Shown: positions 1 to 8,910, counted from the first letter of the stretch. The stretch: 64,000 nucleotides of DNA from Acidobacteriota bacterium (GCA_028749205.1 JAQULR010000006.1:6678-70677), one strand, 5' to 3'. The notes: generated from the letters alone by a model not told the origin. Program-made: numbers and translations.

Positions 1-131
1 AGATATTCCAGCCGATCTTCCTCTATGGCTTCCAGGTATCTAAGCCCTATTTTTGTCTGGAGAGAGATGTCCTTTAGCGAGATACCCTTAGCTTCTCTTT
101 CTTTTTGAAGCTCTTTCCCTAAACTTTCCAT
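1..131 (-). CDS. helix-turn-helix protein, RodZ-like N-terminus (partial, continues past window start)
   Basis: Reverse-strand translation from the ATG at 131 reads MESLGKELQKEREAKGISLKDISLQTKIGLRYLEAIEEDRLEYL and stays open to position 1. This is an Xre/HTH_25-type N-terminus typical of RodZ-like proteins. It is absent from the ORF track because the window edge cuts it. Confidence 0.45.
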   Translation of the reverse strand, partial: MESLGKELQKEREAKGISLKDISLQTKIGLRYLEAIEEDRLEY

Positions 132-367
132 TGGTTTGGTTAAATTTTAATTTAACCTTGGGCCTCAGTCAAACAGTTTCTTTGCCCAGGCAAGGTCTGA
201 TTCTATGGAATTCTTTGAATTATCATGGAAAAGGTGCCCGGGTTCTACTAACGACTCCATAAGGGAGGGGGCCCACATCATTTTTACGATGGCGGGAACC
301 GACGAGACTGGTTCCTAAGGAGTCAGGGAAAGACTCCCGCACCTTAATAACTAAAAGCTAAGGATGA

Positions 368-1267
368 TCAGATTCTTAGAAATCTGGAAATAGAGGTAAT
401 ACTGCCGAGGATCCCGATCACCACCCCACCAACTATCAGCCAGATTGACTGCTCAATAGTCAGCGGCCTGAGGCTGAAGAAATCTTTGGCGGCTCCGAGA
501 GAGCTGCCCACAAAAATGGGAAAGACCTTAATCATAATAAAAAGAATAATCAGTGAAATAAGGCTACCTAGTAAACCCAGAACAAAACCTTCAACCAGGA
601 AGGGAATTCTGATATAGGTATTAGTAGCTCCTACCAGACGGAGTATTTCTATTTCATTTTTCCTGGCCAGGACATTTAGCCTGACCACGTTAGAAATGAT
701 AAAAAATGAGGCCAGAATCAGGATACCTCCAAAGAAGAAGCCAATGGCCCTGACAATCCGGCTGAGAGAGTCCATTTTTTCTACCCATTCCTGATTGAAT
801 TGAAAGTCAATCACTCCTTTCAAACTCTTGATGTTCTCCATGAAGTAAACGATAGCTGACAGGCTAAGGATCTTGTCTGTAAGCCTAACTTCGTAAGAAG
901 GTGGGAAAGGGTTGGAATTTAAATTATCCAGAATATCTTTCAGTTCTGGAAAGTTGGCCGCAAACCTATTCCAGGCATCTTCAGATGAGACATAGGTTAC
1001 CTCTTCAACCAGTTCAGAGGCTAGAATCTGAGACTTGATAAACTCCAGCTCTTCATCTTTCAAGTTCTTTTCCAGGAAAAATGAAATGGCCAGGTTGTTT
1101 GATAACCGTTCTCCAAGATAGGTTAGATTATTGGACAGAGCCAAAAATATTCCAATGACCAGGAAAGAAAAACCAATGATCAGCACAGAAATTAAATTCC
1201 GGCCGCGGAAAGTCCAGAGGTTGTTGCCGGCATTTTTAATCAGATACCATAGCTGCCGGAAGATCAC
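368..1267 (-). CDS. ftsX: cell division ABC transporter permease FtsX
   Basis: 299 aa with an N-terminal TM, a large extracytoplasmic loop and three C-terminal TMs. It overlaps the upstream FtsE-like ATPase by 4 nt, the classical ftsE-ftsX pairing. Confidence 0.8.
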   Translation of the reverse strand: MIFRQLWYLIKNAGNNLWTFRGRNLISVLIIGFSFLVIGIFLALSNNLTYLGERLSNNLAISFFLEKNLKDEELEFIKSQILASELVEEVTYVSSEDAWNRFAANFPELKDILDNLNSNPFPPSYEVRLTDKILSLSAIVYFMENIKSLKGVIDFQFNQEWVEKMDSLSRIVRAIGFFFGGILILASFFIISNVVRLNVLARKNEIEILRLVGATNTYIRIPFLVEGFVLGLLGSLISLIILFIMIKVFPIFVGSSLGAAKDFFSLRPLTIEQSIWLIVGGVVIGILGSITSISRFLRI

Positions 1268-1935
1268 CTTTTTTCTTCCTTTCCGATGATTTTTCCTTTC
1301 TGCAGGAAAAAGATTTTATCGCCAAAATATCTGATTAGCTCCCGGTCGTGGCTGCCAATTATTACTGTGGCTCCCTGTTTATTTATTTCTTTAAAGATGT
1401 TCATGATTTCAAAAGCTAATTCTGGGTCCAGATTCCCGGTTGGTTCATCAGCCAGCAGGAATTTTGGATTGTTGACGATAGCCCGGGCAATGGCCACCCT
1501 CTGCTGTTCACCATAAGATAATCTCTGAGGTAATTCCCACATTTTATGATGTAAGTTTACCTGTCGAAGAGCGTTGAATACCCGGCGTCTGATTTCTTTG
1601 GGTGATAGGCCAAGAATATGGAGGGGAATAGCTACATTTTGAAAGACAGACTGATGGAACAGCAAGCGAAAATCCTGGAAAACGATGCCCATCAACCGGC
1701 GTAGATTATAAATTCTGTGGTCTGGGATCTTGAGGGTATTTATTCCGTCCACCAGAATCTGGCCTTCATTTGGGAAAATTTCTCGGAAGATAAGCCTGAG
1801 CAGAGTGGTTTTCCCAGAGCCACTTGGCCCAGTGATAAAGCAGAAATCACCCGTATTGATTTCTAAGGAAACATCGGACAAGGCCCAGTGTGGTTTCTGG
1901 TACTGCTTCCAGATATGATAAAGTTCAATCATCAA
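1264..1935 (-). CDS. ftsE: cell division ATP-binding protein FtsE
   Basis: Walker A GPSGSGKTT, ABC signature LSYGEQQRV and Walker B LLADEPTGNLD. 223 aa and translationally coupled to ftsX. Confidence 0.85.
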   Translation of the reverse strand: MMIELYHIWKQYQKPHWALSDVSLEINTGDFCFITGPSGSGKTTLLRLIFREIFPNEGQILVDGINTLKIPDHRIYNLRRLMGIVFQDFRLLFHQSVFQNVAIPLHILGLSPKEIRRRVFNALRQVNLHHKMWELPQRLSYGEQQRVAIARAIVNNPKFLLADEPTGNLDPELAFEIMNIFKEINKQGATVIIGSHDRELIRYFGDKIFFLQKGKIIGKEEKR

Positions 1936-1950
1936 AATTAAATGAGAAAT

Positions 1951-3423
1951 CTATTTTTCTGCCACTTTGTTCAGAGCTTCTTGAAGTAATTCCCTGGCTC
2001 TCTGAGGAGCAGCTTTCCCCTGGCTGGCTTTCATTACTTGCCCAAGAAGAAAACCCATCACCTGAACTTTGCCCTCAAGGTACTGTTTAACTGGGCCGGG
2101 ATTTTCAGATAGAACTTGCTCAATGATATTCTGAAGGGACTTATCGTCAGCAATAGGCCTAAGGTTTAATCTCTCAATAATTGCTTTAGGGTCAACTGCT
2201 TTTTTGACTTTCCCGGCTTCACTCAGCATTTCCGGAAAGACTTTTTCCTTAGCGATAGTTATGGTTATAAATCGGTCTTCAACCAGGCGAATTAACTCAG
2301 CCAGGGATTCTGCTGGAATCGGGAATTCCTCTATGGGTAGATTAGTTTCTTTAATGTATTGCAGCACTTCTCTCATTATCCAATTACTGGCCTGCTTGGG
2401 ATTTTTGGCGGCTTTAGCCGTGGTTTCAAAATAGTCAGCCAGAGCCCGACTGGTGGTCAGCACCCGAGCATCATAATCTGGAAGCTGGTAGTCTTTGATA
2501 AACCTCTCGATTTTTTTTCTGGGTAGCTCGGGCAGCTCAGCAGCAATCTCCTTCTTCCAGGATTCTGAAATAACTAAGGGGGGTAGGTCTGGTTCAGGAA
2601 AATAGCGGTAATCATGAGCTTCTTCTTTACTCCGCTGAGGCACAGTTCTGTTAGCCGAAGAATCCCAGCCTCGGGTTTCCTGGATAATTTTTCCCCCTCG
2701 CTCTATGAGTTCTACCTGGCGGTTGGCTTCATAATCCAAGGCCTTGGCCAGAAACCTGAAAGAATTTAAGTTTTTAACTTCGGTCTTGGTCCCCAGGTTC
2801 GGGGATCCGGCCGGACGAATAGACAGGTTGGCGTCGCAACGTAAATTACCCTCTTCCATATTGCCATCGCAGATTTCCAGATATTGAAGCAGGACTCTGA
2901 GATTCTGAACAAACTCTACCGCCTGTGCCGGTGACCTCAGATCAGGTCGACCAACTATTTCCAGCAAAGGAACCCCACAACGATTAAAATCGAGATAGGT
3001 TTTTTCTGAGGAATCAGAAAAGCCCTCATGAATAGATTTACCAGCATCTTCCTCCAGGTTAATTCTTTCAATGCCGATAGTCATTTTCTGGCCTTCGACC
3101 TCAATTGCCAGCTGACCGCTTTCAGCGATGGGTAGATGATACTGAGTAATCTGGTAGCCTTTTGGCAGATCAGGATAAAAATAATTTTTCCGGCTGAAAA
3201 GAGATTTTAGGTTAATCTTAGCTTCTAAGGCTAAGGCTAGTTTGAGAGCCATTCTGACTGCTTCCCGGTTGATCACCGGCAGGCTACCTGGCAATCCAAG
3301 GCAAACCGGACAGGTTAGGCTGTTAGGGGTTTGACCGAACTCGGTGCTACAGCGACAAAAGAGTTTAGTCCGGGTTAGCAGCTGAGCATGGATTTCAAGC
3401 CCGATGACTGTTTCGTAATTCAT
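1951..3423 (-). CDS. gatB: Asp-tRNA(Asn)/Glu-tRNA(Gln) amidotransferase subunit B
   Basis: 490 aa. The N-terminus MNYETVIGLEIHAQL...CRC...CPVCLGLPG and the C-terminal GatB/YqeY tail are diagnostic. Confidence 0.95.
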   Translation of the reverse strand: MNYETVIGLEIHAQLLTRTKLFCRCSTEFGQTPNSLTCPVCLGLPGSLPVINREAVRMALKLALALEAKINLKSLFSRKNYFYPDLPKGYQITQYHLPIAESGQLAIEVEGQKMTIGIERINLEEDAGKSIHEGFSDSSEKTYLDFNRCGVPLLEIVGRPDLRSPAQAVEFVQNLRVLLQYLEICDGNMEEGNLRCDANLSIRPAGSPNLGTKTEVKNLNSFRFLAKALDYEANRQVELIERGGKIIQETRGWDSSANRTVPQRSKEEAHDYRYFPEPDLPPLVISESWKKEIAAELPELPRKKIERFIKDYQLPDYDARVLTTSRALADYFETTAKAAKNPKQASNWIMREVLQYIKETNLPIEEFPIPAESLAELIRLVEDRFITITIAKEKVFPEMLSEAGKVKKAVDPKAIIERLNLRPIADDKSLQNIIEQVLSENPGPVKQYLEGKVQVMGFLLGQVMKASQGKAAPQRARELLQEALNKVAEK

Positions 3424-3460
3424 GATTCAAGAAAATTGATTATAGCATAACTTACTTAGA

Positions 3461-3640
3461 TTACTTGGCAAATAGGAACATGAACCAGCCGAAGGCTAGA
3501 GCCCCTAAGACCATAATTAGAAAGAGTGTTAGACCATATTTCAAACGGTCTTTCAGCTCAGAACGCCGGATGATAGACAACACCAGAGAGACCAAAAGGG
3601 CATAAATGATCATAGTAAAAAGATGGCTTTCTATCATCAT
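3461..3640 (-). CDS. small membrane protein (59 aa)
   Basis: ORF below the 60-aa track cutoff: MMIESHLFTMIIYALLVSLVLSIIRRSELKDRLKYGLTLFLIMVLGALAFGWFMFLFAK, with two hydrophobic helices. Its ATG overlaps the stop of the upstream membrane-protein gene (ATGATGA). Confidence 0.4.
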   Translation of the reverse strand: MMIESHLFTMIIYALLVSLVLSIIRRSELKDRLKYGLTLFLIMVLGALAFGWFMFLFAK

Positions 3641-4005
3641 GATTTTTTCCCCCTAGCAATATCCCAGGCATCCAGAGCTACTAAATAATTGAGCAACCCG
3701 GCTCCAGCCAGATAAGCTGTGCCAAATTCGAAACTTACTCTTTCCAATTCTCCCAGGCCGATCGGCAAAAACCTGGAAAGAAGGTAAAGTAAACCGCTTC
3801 CCAGGTCTGAGAGAAAAGCCAGGAAAGTCAGGGGATTTTCTGCCTGCAATGAGTAAATCCTGCCTCCCATGACCAGACCCATTACCGACATCAAACCTAT
3901 AGCGACCAGAAGAAGGATTCCTCTCCAGTATTTTCTTATATAGATGTGTCCTAAGCCTGGAACCAGCCAGCCAAGGATTCCTGCAATCATAGCTTTCTTT
4001 TTCAT
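3637..4005 (-). CDS. hypothetical integral membrane protein
   Basis: 122 aa with 3-4 hydrophobic helices and a GWLVPGLGHIYIRKYWRG motif. Preferred over the overlapping frame 3653..4012, which is basic and low-complexity. Confidence 0.55.
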   Translation of the reverse strand: MKKKAMIAGILGWLVPGLGHIYIRKYWRGILLLVAIGLMSVMGLVMGGRIYSLQAENPLTFLAFLSDLGSGLLYLLSRFLPIGLGELERVSFEFGTAYLAGAGLLNYLVALDAWDIARGKKS

Positions 4006-4155
4006 TAGGCATAATCTTAATGGAAATACTGTTCTAAATCAAGTAATTGATACCATTCATAAAGTCAAGGTTAAATGATAATCTAAGAACCTTAAAAATT
4101 AGATTTGTCTTAAATCAATCTTGGCAATTTTCTGACCCAGGGGTAAAATCTAAGC

Positions 4156-4983
4156 ATGCCAGAATTGCCAGAGGTAGAAACTGTAGTCCGTGGTCTTGAT
4201 AGGGAATTGCGAGGCAAAAGGCTAAAAGATTTTGTTTTTCTATCTCAGCATCTTGTTTCTAAACAACCAGCAACTGCTCTTAGCCTGGAAAATTACTATG
4301 GCAAAAAAATAAAAAAAATCTGGCGTCGGGGGAAGGTGATTGTTTTTGAATTTTCCGGCCAGCTGGGCTTAATCGTTCATCTGAAGATGACCGGGCAGCT
4401 CTATTTCGTCTGCCCTGACCAGTTGCTTGATAAACACAGTCATGCCCGGATGGCTTTTTATGGTTTTAAAAAAGAATTACGCTTCCGAGATATCAGAAAG
4501 TTTGGCTATCTAAATTGTCTGAAGGTTGAAGAAATCCAGAAAAAAATCCAGACTGAACTGGGGCCTGAACCCCTGGAAATGAACTTTCAAGATTTTTTTA
4601 GCCAGCTTCAGAGATTCGGTAAAAAAAGAATTAAAGGCTGGCTGCTTGACCAGAAAATAATTGCTGGCATAGGTAACATTTATTCTGATGAAATTCTCTT
4701 CGAGGCTAAGATAAGTCCGGAGAGGAAAACTATAAGCCTGAGCCCGAAAGAAGCCCGGAATCTTTATCGGGCAATGAAGTCTGTCCTGAAAAAGGCTATC
4801 GAACTTAAAGGCTCTTCGGTCAGTGATTATGTCGATTCACTGGGTCAGCCTGGCAAGTTTCAGAAGCGACACCGGGTTTATGGTAGAGAAGGTAAGCCCT
4901 GCTTTCGTTGCCAGGGAACTACAGTCCAGAGAAAAAAGATTTGCGGTCGAAGCGCCTTTTTCTGCCCCAGCTGTCAGTCATAG
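4156..4983 (+). CDS. mutM: formamidopyrimidine-DNA glycosylase (Fpg/MutM)
   Basis: Catalytic N-terminus MPELPEVE, an H2TH region, and a C-terminal zinc finger CFRCQG...FFCPSCQ. Confidence 0.9.
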   Translation: MPELPEVETVVRGLDRELRGKRLKDFVFLSQHLVSKQPATALSLENYYGKKIKKIWRRGKVIVFEFSGQLGLIVHLKMTGQLYFVCPDQLLDKHSHARMAFYGFKKELRFRDIRKFGYLNCLKVEEIQKKIQTELGPEPLEMNFQDFFSQLQRFGKKRIKGWLLDQKIIAGIGNIYSDEILFEAKISPERKTISLSPKEARNLYRAMKSVLKKAIELKGSSVSDYVDSLGQPGKFQKRHRVYGREGKPCFRCQGTTVQRKKICGRSAFFCPSCQS

Positions 4984-5030
4984 AGTTGAATATTTTTAAG
5001 CTGATTCCAGCCAGAAAGGTTAGAGTCCGA

Positions 5031-5059
5031 TTGAAAAAATGAACCCGTTAAGTTATATT
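5031..5059 (+). promoter_or_regulatory. sigma70-like promoter for tRNA-Arg(CCT)
   Basis: TTGAAA (5031-5036), a 17-nt spacer, then TATATT (5054-5059), 18 nt upstream of the tRNA 5' end. Confidence 0.4.
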
Positions 5060-5077
5060 TAGCTTCTGATAAGGTTA

Positions 5078-5155
5078 GCCCCTGTAGCTCAGTATGGATA
5101 GAGCAAGGGATTCCTAATCCCTGTGTCGGGAGTTCGAGTCTCCCCAGGGGCACCA
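5078..5155 (+). tRNA. tRNA-Arg (anticodon CCT)
   Basis: 78-nt cloverleaf. Acceptor GCCCCTG/CAGGGGC, D arm GCTC-AGTATGGATA-GAGC, anticodon stem AGGGA/TCCCT with loop TTCCTAA, T arm GGGAG-TTCGAGT-CTCCC, discriminator A. CCA is encoded. Confidence 0.93.
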
Positions 5156-5287
5156 GCCATTCAAACTGAGGGGAAAATAAATCATCCTTGAAATCATCTT
5201 AAGAGGTGATAAATTTGCCTTAAATATATATTATTTTGCTATAGTTGTAAAACTGAATATATCTCAAGATTTTCAATTATTTTTGAT

Positions 5288-5342
5288 AAGAAAATCGGGA
5301 GATGATACGATTTTATTAAATCGATTCGTGCCCCTAATTTTC
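5288..5342 (+). repeat. short form (copy S) of the dispersed structured repeat family
   Basis: The sequence AGAAAATCGGGAGATGATACGATTTTATTAAATCGATTCGTGCCCCTAATTTTCC carries the 5' arm (GGGA.ATGA.ACGATTTT) and 3' arm (AAATCG.TTCGTG.CCC + T-rich tail) of long copies A/B, joined by 3 nt. It forms a hairpin followed by a U-rich tract. Confidence 0.6.
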
Positions 5343-5438
5343 CTCTGGAGGAGGAAAATAAGCCAGGTTGGCTTAGATTAGTTACGAATAATCCAGGTCA
5401 TTTATTGGAAGATAATTCTTAAATGAAAGGATAGGGCC

Positions 5439-6746
5439 ATGAACAGGGTAATTTTGTTGGATTTCGAGGAAAAAGACAAAGAATATCTTGAACAGGAAAA
5501 AATAGACACCTTCCTCATCCATACTTCTGATTTCGCCAGCCTGCCTACAATTCTGCCAGAAGCTCAGGCTATTTTTTATCAAATGAACTGGCCGGTAGAA
5601 GAGGAAAATATCCCTACAGGTCTGGCCGAAAAGATCCAGGAAATGGTCACCGACGGGGCGCGAGTTATCTGTTTTATTGGCAAGGGCCATCTTTATCAGT
5701 TAACAGGGGTCATCGGCAATTTTCCAGATATTCATCTTCAGGAATGCCCTCCTGGAGAACAGCTACTGGTTAATCCAGAAACCACCTATAATCTACTCTT
5801 TGAAAAATACTCCAATGACCTGGCTTATATGTATCAACTGCTACCGACTTCTTTTGGAGCGGAGGCCTGGGAAGTTCCGGCTACCAGAAATGATAGCTGG
5901 AAGATTGTGGCTAAAAATTTAGCTGGCTACCCGGTTTCTCTGATTATTAGAAAGGGTCAGGGCTTTATCTGGTTGCTGCCGTGGTTTGGGCAAAATAACA
6001 TAAAGGTGGCCGACTTTATTCTTAAAGACATATTCCCGTTGATGGAGATGAAAGGAAAAGAGTTGGAACAGATAGACTGGATAGATAAAGAAGAGTATCT
6101 GTTCCCGGAAATAAAGGAACTTTTCCTGAAAAAAGAACAAGAAAAGAAAAAATTTGAAGAAAGAATTAAGGAATTAGATGAGCAGATTAAAAACTTACGC
6201 GAAACTCAGCAGGAAGTTTTTAACCGTCTATTAAAGGCTGAAGGACAGGAGTTGAAAGCCGCCGTAGCTCAGGCTTTCAAGTATTTGAATTGGGGAAAAG
6301 TGGTGGATGTCAGTGAATACTGGAAAAATGTCATCAGAGACAAAGAAGAAGATTTCTGGCTGATAGATAATACCGAGCAAACTATTGAGGTCTGTTTGAG
6401 GAAAGAGTTCTTGGTATTGATTATTGTCAGGAGCGGCCGAAACTGGGCTACTGACGATGATTGTATGCTCCTGCAGAGGGTAAAAGGTCGGCGGATGCAG
6501 GAGTTTGACAACACCAAGATGAAAGCTGTCTTAGTAGGGAATTATTTCAACTTGCAGGAAGCCAGATTAAGAAATAATCCCTTTTCTCAGCTCCAGATGG
6601 AAGAGGCAGAAAAAGACGGTAATGGGCTCCTGACTACTTATGAGCTTTTTAAAGCCATCAAGGCCGAAAAAGAAGGTCTGATAAGCAAAGAGGATATTAG
6701 AAGGCAGTTGAAAGAAAAGGCCGGTTTATTGCAATTTTCTTGGTGA
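5439..6746 (+). CDS. hypothetical three-domain protein (alpha/beta N-domain, coiled coil, restriction-endonuclease-like C-domain)
   Basis: 435-aa ORF with no competing frame. It has alternating beta/alpha hydrophobic periodicity at the N-terminus and a KE-rich heptad stretch KKEQEKKKFEERIKELDEQIKNLRETQQE. The C-terminal layout (EEDFWLID ... LVLIIVRSG ... KAVLVGNYF ... GLLTTYELFKAI) resembles Mrr_cat/PD-(D/E)xK folds. No family was recognised with certainty. Confidence 0.7.
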   Translation: MNRVILLDFEEKDKEYLEQEKIDTFLIHTSDFASLPTILPEAQAIFYQMNWPVEEENIPTGLAEKIQEMVTDGARVICFIGKGHLYQLTGVIGNFPDIHLQECPPGEQLLVNPETTYNLLFEKYSNDLAYMYQLLPTSFGAEAWEVPATRNDSWKIVAKNLAGYPVSLIIRKGQGFIWLLPWFGQNNIKVADFILKDIFPLMEMKGKELEQIDWIDKEEYLFPEIKELFLKKEQEKKKFEERIKELDEQIKNLRETQQEVFNRLLKAEGQELKAAVAQAFKYLNWGKVVDVSEYWKNVIRDKEEDFWLIDNTEQTIEVCLRKEFLVLIIVRSGRNWATDDDCMLLQRVKGRRMQEFDNTKMKAVLVGNYFNLQEARLRNNPFSQLQMEEAEKDGNGLLTTYELFKAIKAEKEGLISKEDIRRQLKEKAGLLQFSW

Positions 6747-6930
6747 GATAAATTACTATTATCTTTGTTTTCCAGCACCAAAAGGGGGCGGGAGAAAACT
6801 CGCGCTTCTAAGTAATCCCGTTGCCGAACCTGCTAATTGGCATTTGGATTTTTCGCTGTTTTGTGCTAATCTCAAGTCCTGACCGTAACCAGGCAGATTT
6901 CCATTATACTTCTGTATATCAGGAGCAAGG

Positions 6931-7587
6931 ATGAAAAGGACAGAAAGAAAACAGCTAAAAGAAAATGAGCTGGCTTCAGGTTTGAACCGTTTTACCAGGT
7001 GGATAAGACAACATACAAAAAAGATCAGGATAGCCGCTCTTGGCCTGGTGGCCGTCTTGGTTTTGCTGGTGGGGATTAAATACCTGTTAGATTATCAAAA
7101 AGGCCGGGAAGCCAGCTATCTGAGCGAAGTTTTAGCTCTTAAAGCTGATCTTGAGGAAAAACCAGAAAACCTGGCCAAACTGGAAAGCCTATCCCAGAAA
7201 AAAAGATATGAAAGGATGGCCAGCCTGGCCTTGGCTACATATTATCTGGAGAAAAATGACCTGGACAGAGCCGAGCAGATTTTAGTTAAGGTTAAGGACA
7301 AAGGTCGAGACCTGACTCATTATCAGATTCTTGATCTCTATGCCCAGATCCAGATAAAAAAAGGCTCTTATGATCAAGCTATAGAGATTTACCGGCAGAT
7401 AGAGAAAGAAAAACCTGGGGTTTATCCCTTGGATGTAGTACTTTTTCGGTTAGCAGAAGCTTATGAGAAACAAGGTGATAAAGAACAGGCTCAAAATGTA
7501 TATCGTGACCTACAGGCTAACTATCAGCACACCCATTATGGATATCTGGCTTCTATGAAATTAATGAACCTGGAAACCTCCAAATAG
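6931..7587 (+). CDS. membrane-anchored tetratricopeptide-repeat protein (YfgM-like)
   Basis: 218 aa with one N-terminal TM (IAALGLVAVLVLLVGI) followed by TPR-like helical repeats (ALATYYLEKNDLDRAEQIL, AEAYEKQGDKEQAQNVY). Confidence 0.7.
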   Translation: MKRTERKQLKENELASGLNRFTRWIRQHTKKIRIAALGLVAVLVLLVGIKYLLDYQKGREASYLSEVLALKADLEEKPENLAKLESLSQKKRYERMASLALATYYLEKNDLDRAEQILVKVKDKGRDLTHYQILDLYAQIQIKKGSYDQAIEIYRQIEKEKPGVYPLDVVLFRLAEAYEKQGDKEQAQNVYRDLQANYQHTHYGYLASMKLMNLETSK

Positions 7588-7600
7588 ACTCATAAGAAAC

Positions 7601-7630
7601 TTGTATATTTTGTTTATAAGGTTATATAAT
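7601..7630 (+). promoter_or_regulatory. sigma70-like promoter for the ferredoxin gene
   Basis: TTGTAT (7601-7606), an 18-nt spacer, then a perfect TATAAT (7625-7630). An AAGGAGGA RBS precedes the ATG at 7663. Confidence 0.4.
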
Positions 7631-7647
7631 AGGTCTTCAAATTATAG

Positions 7648-7911
<264 letters not shown>

Positions 7912-7927
7912 TCGAATTTAACTAAAA

Positions 7928-7960
7928 GGCAGGAGTGCCGAGCGCTCCTGCCTTTTTATT
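7928..7960 (+). terminator. rho-independent terminator after the ferredoxin gene
   Basis: GGCAGGAGTGC-CGA-GCGCTCCTGCC forms a GC-rich 10-11 bp stem (one G-U pair) followed by TTTTTATTT. Confidence 0.8.
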
Positions 7961-7984
7961 TATAGTTCTCTTTATAAATTAGCC

Positions 7985-8893
7985 ATGTTTCGAGGTAAAG
8001 GGTGGGTTAATCTTCTTCTTTTTATTCTCACAATTCTTTCCACCTACTTCGTCGGTTTCCTGTGGGCAATAAATTACCTTTTTTCTGACAGGAAGTTACA
8101 TGAGGTTTCCGAAATTCTGGACCTGTCTATTTTTCTTGAACCATCATTAATGAGGCTAAGTCTAATATATTCTGTGGCCTTGCTGTCTATCCTGCTAGGA
8201 CATGAGCTGGGGCATTATCTGACCTGTCGCCGGTATGGAATTCAGGCCACCTTGCCCTATTTTATTCCGGCTCCAACACTTATAGGAACACTTGGGGCCC
8301 TCATAAAGATAAAGTCTCCTTTTACCAGAAAGGAGGAACTATTTGATGTCGGAGCCAATGGGCCCCTGGTCGGCTTTCTACTGTCTGTGCCGGCTCTGTA
8401 TATCGGTCTTCTCCATTCGAGGATGATTCCAGCGCTGCCCAGAGAAAGTTCGATTTTTTTTGGTGAACCCTTACTCCTTAAAGTCTTTGTCTGGGGAATA
8501 TTCGGAAACACCGCTCAGAATCAAGACCTGATTCTTCATCCTCTGGCGGTGGCTGGCTGGGTAGGTTTGCTGGTTACCTCCTTTAATCTCATTCCTGTGG
8601 GGCAGCTTGATGGTGGCCATATACTTTATGCTCTTTTTGGGGAGAAAACCAGAAAACTGGCTGTAGGCATTGTGATCATTCTGGTAATTCTTGGTATATT
8701 TTGCTGGGCCGGTTGGCTAATCTGGGCTTTGTTAATCGGTCTAATTGGACTTAAGCACCCGGCTATTCTTGATGAAGGTCAACAGTTTTCCCGGAAAAGA
8801 AAAGTCCTAAGTCTGGCTGTGGCCTTAATTTTTATTTTTTCCTTTATACCAGCTCCAGTTTCAGACAGTAGTTTGCTGGATTTCTTTAAGTGA
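7985..8893 (+). CDS. site-2 protease family (M50) membrane metalloprotease
   Basis: 302 aa, polytopic, with HELGHY (HExxH) inside a TM helix and a downstream NLIPVGQLDGGH motif. Confidence 0.85.
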   Translation: MFRGKGWVNLLLFILTILSTYFVGFLWAINYLFSDRKLHEVSEILDLSIFLEPSLMRLSLIYSVALLSILLGHELGHYLTCRRYGIQATLPYFIPAPTLIGTLGALIKIKSPFTRKEELFDVGANGPLVGFLLSVPALYIGLLHSRMIPALPRESSIFFGEPLLLKVFVWGIFGNTAQNQDLILHPLAVAGWVGLLVTSFNLIPVGQLDGGHILYALFGEKTRKLAVGIVIILVILGIFCWAGWLIWALLIGLIGLKHPAILDEGQQFSRKRKVLSLAVALIFIFSFIPAPVSDSSLLDFFK

Positions 8894-8910
8894 AAAGCTT
8901 TTTTTAATCA

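Noticed and set aside
1286-2434. Track ORFs 1286..1516, 1730..1918, 1890..2090 and 2204..2434 (+)
   Set aside because: They are antisense shadow frames lying wholly or largely within ftsE and gatB. They have Ser/Pro/Arg-rich low-complexity composition and no RBS or family resemblance.
3653-4012. 119-aa ORF overlapping the 122-aa membrane protein gene in another frame
   Set aside because: It is basic, Gly/Arg/Ser-rich and has no structure signal. The alternative frame encodes clean TM helices.
5382-6517. Minus-strand ORFs 5382..5690, 5919..6140 and 6269..6517
   Set aside because: They are antisense to the well-formed 435-aa plus-strand ORF. They are Phe/Leu/Ser-rich, as expected for the reverse frame of a Lys/Glu-rich gene.
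6775-6880. Possible degenerate repeat copy after the orphan gene (CCAGCACCAAAAGG ... AACCTGCTAATTGGCATTTGG)
   Set aside because: Only two short blocks resemble the family, which is not enough to align.
5156-6930. Integrated island with att direct repeats of the tRNA-Arg 3' end
   Set aside because: I looked for a second copy of the tRNA 3' segment (GAGTCTCCCCAGGGGCACCA) downstream of the orphan gene and saw none. No integrase is present, so no mobile_element feature is called.
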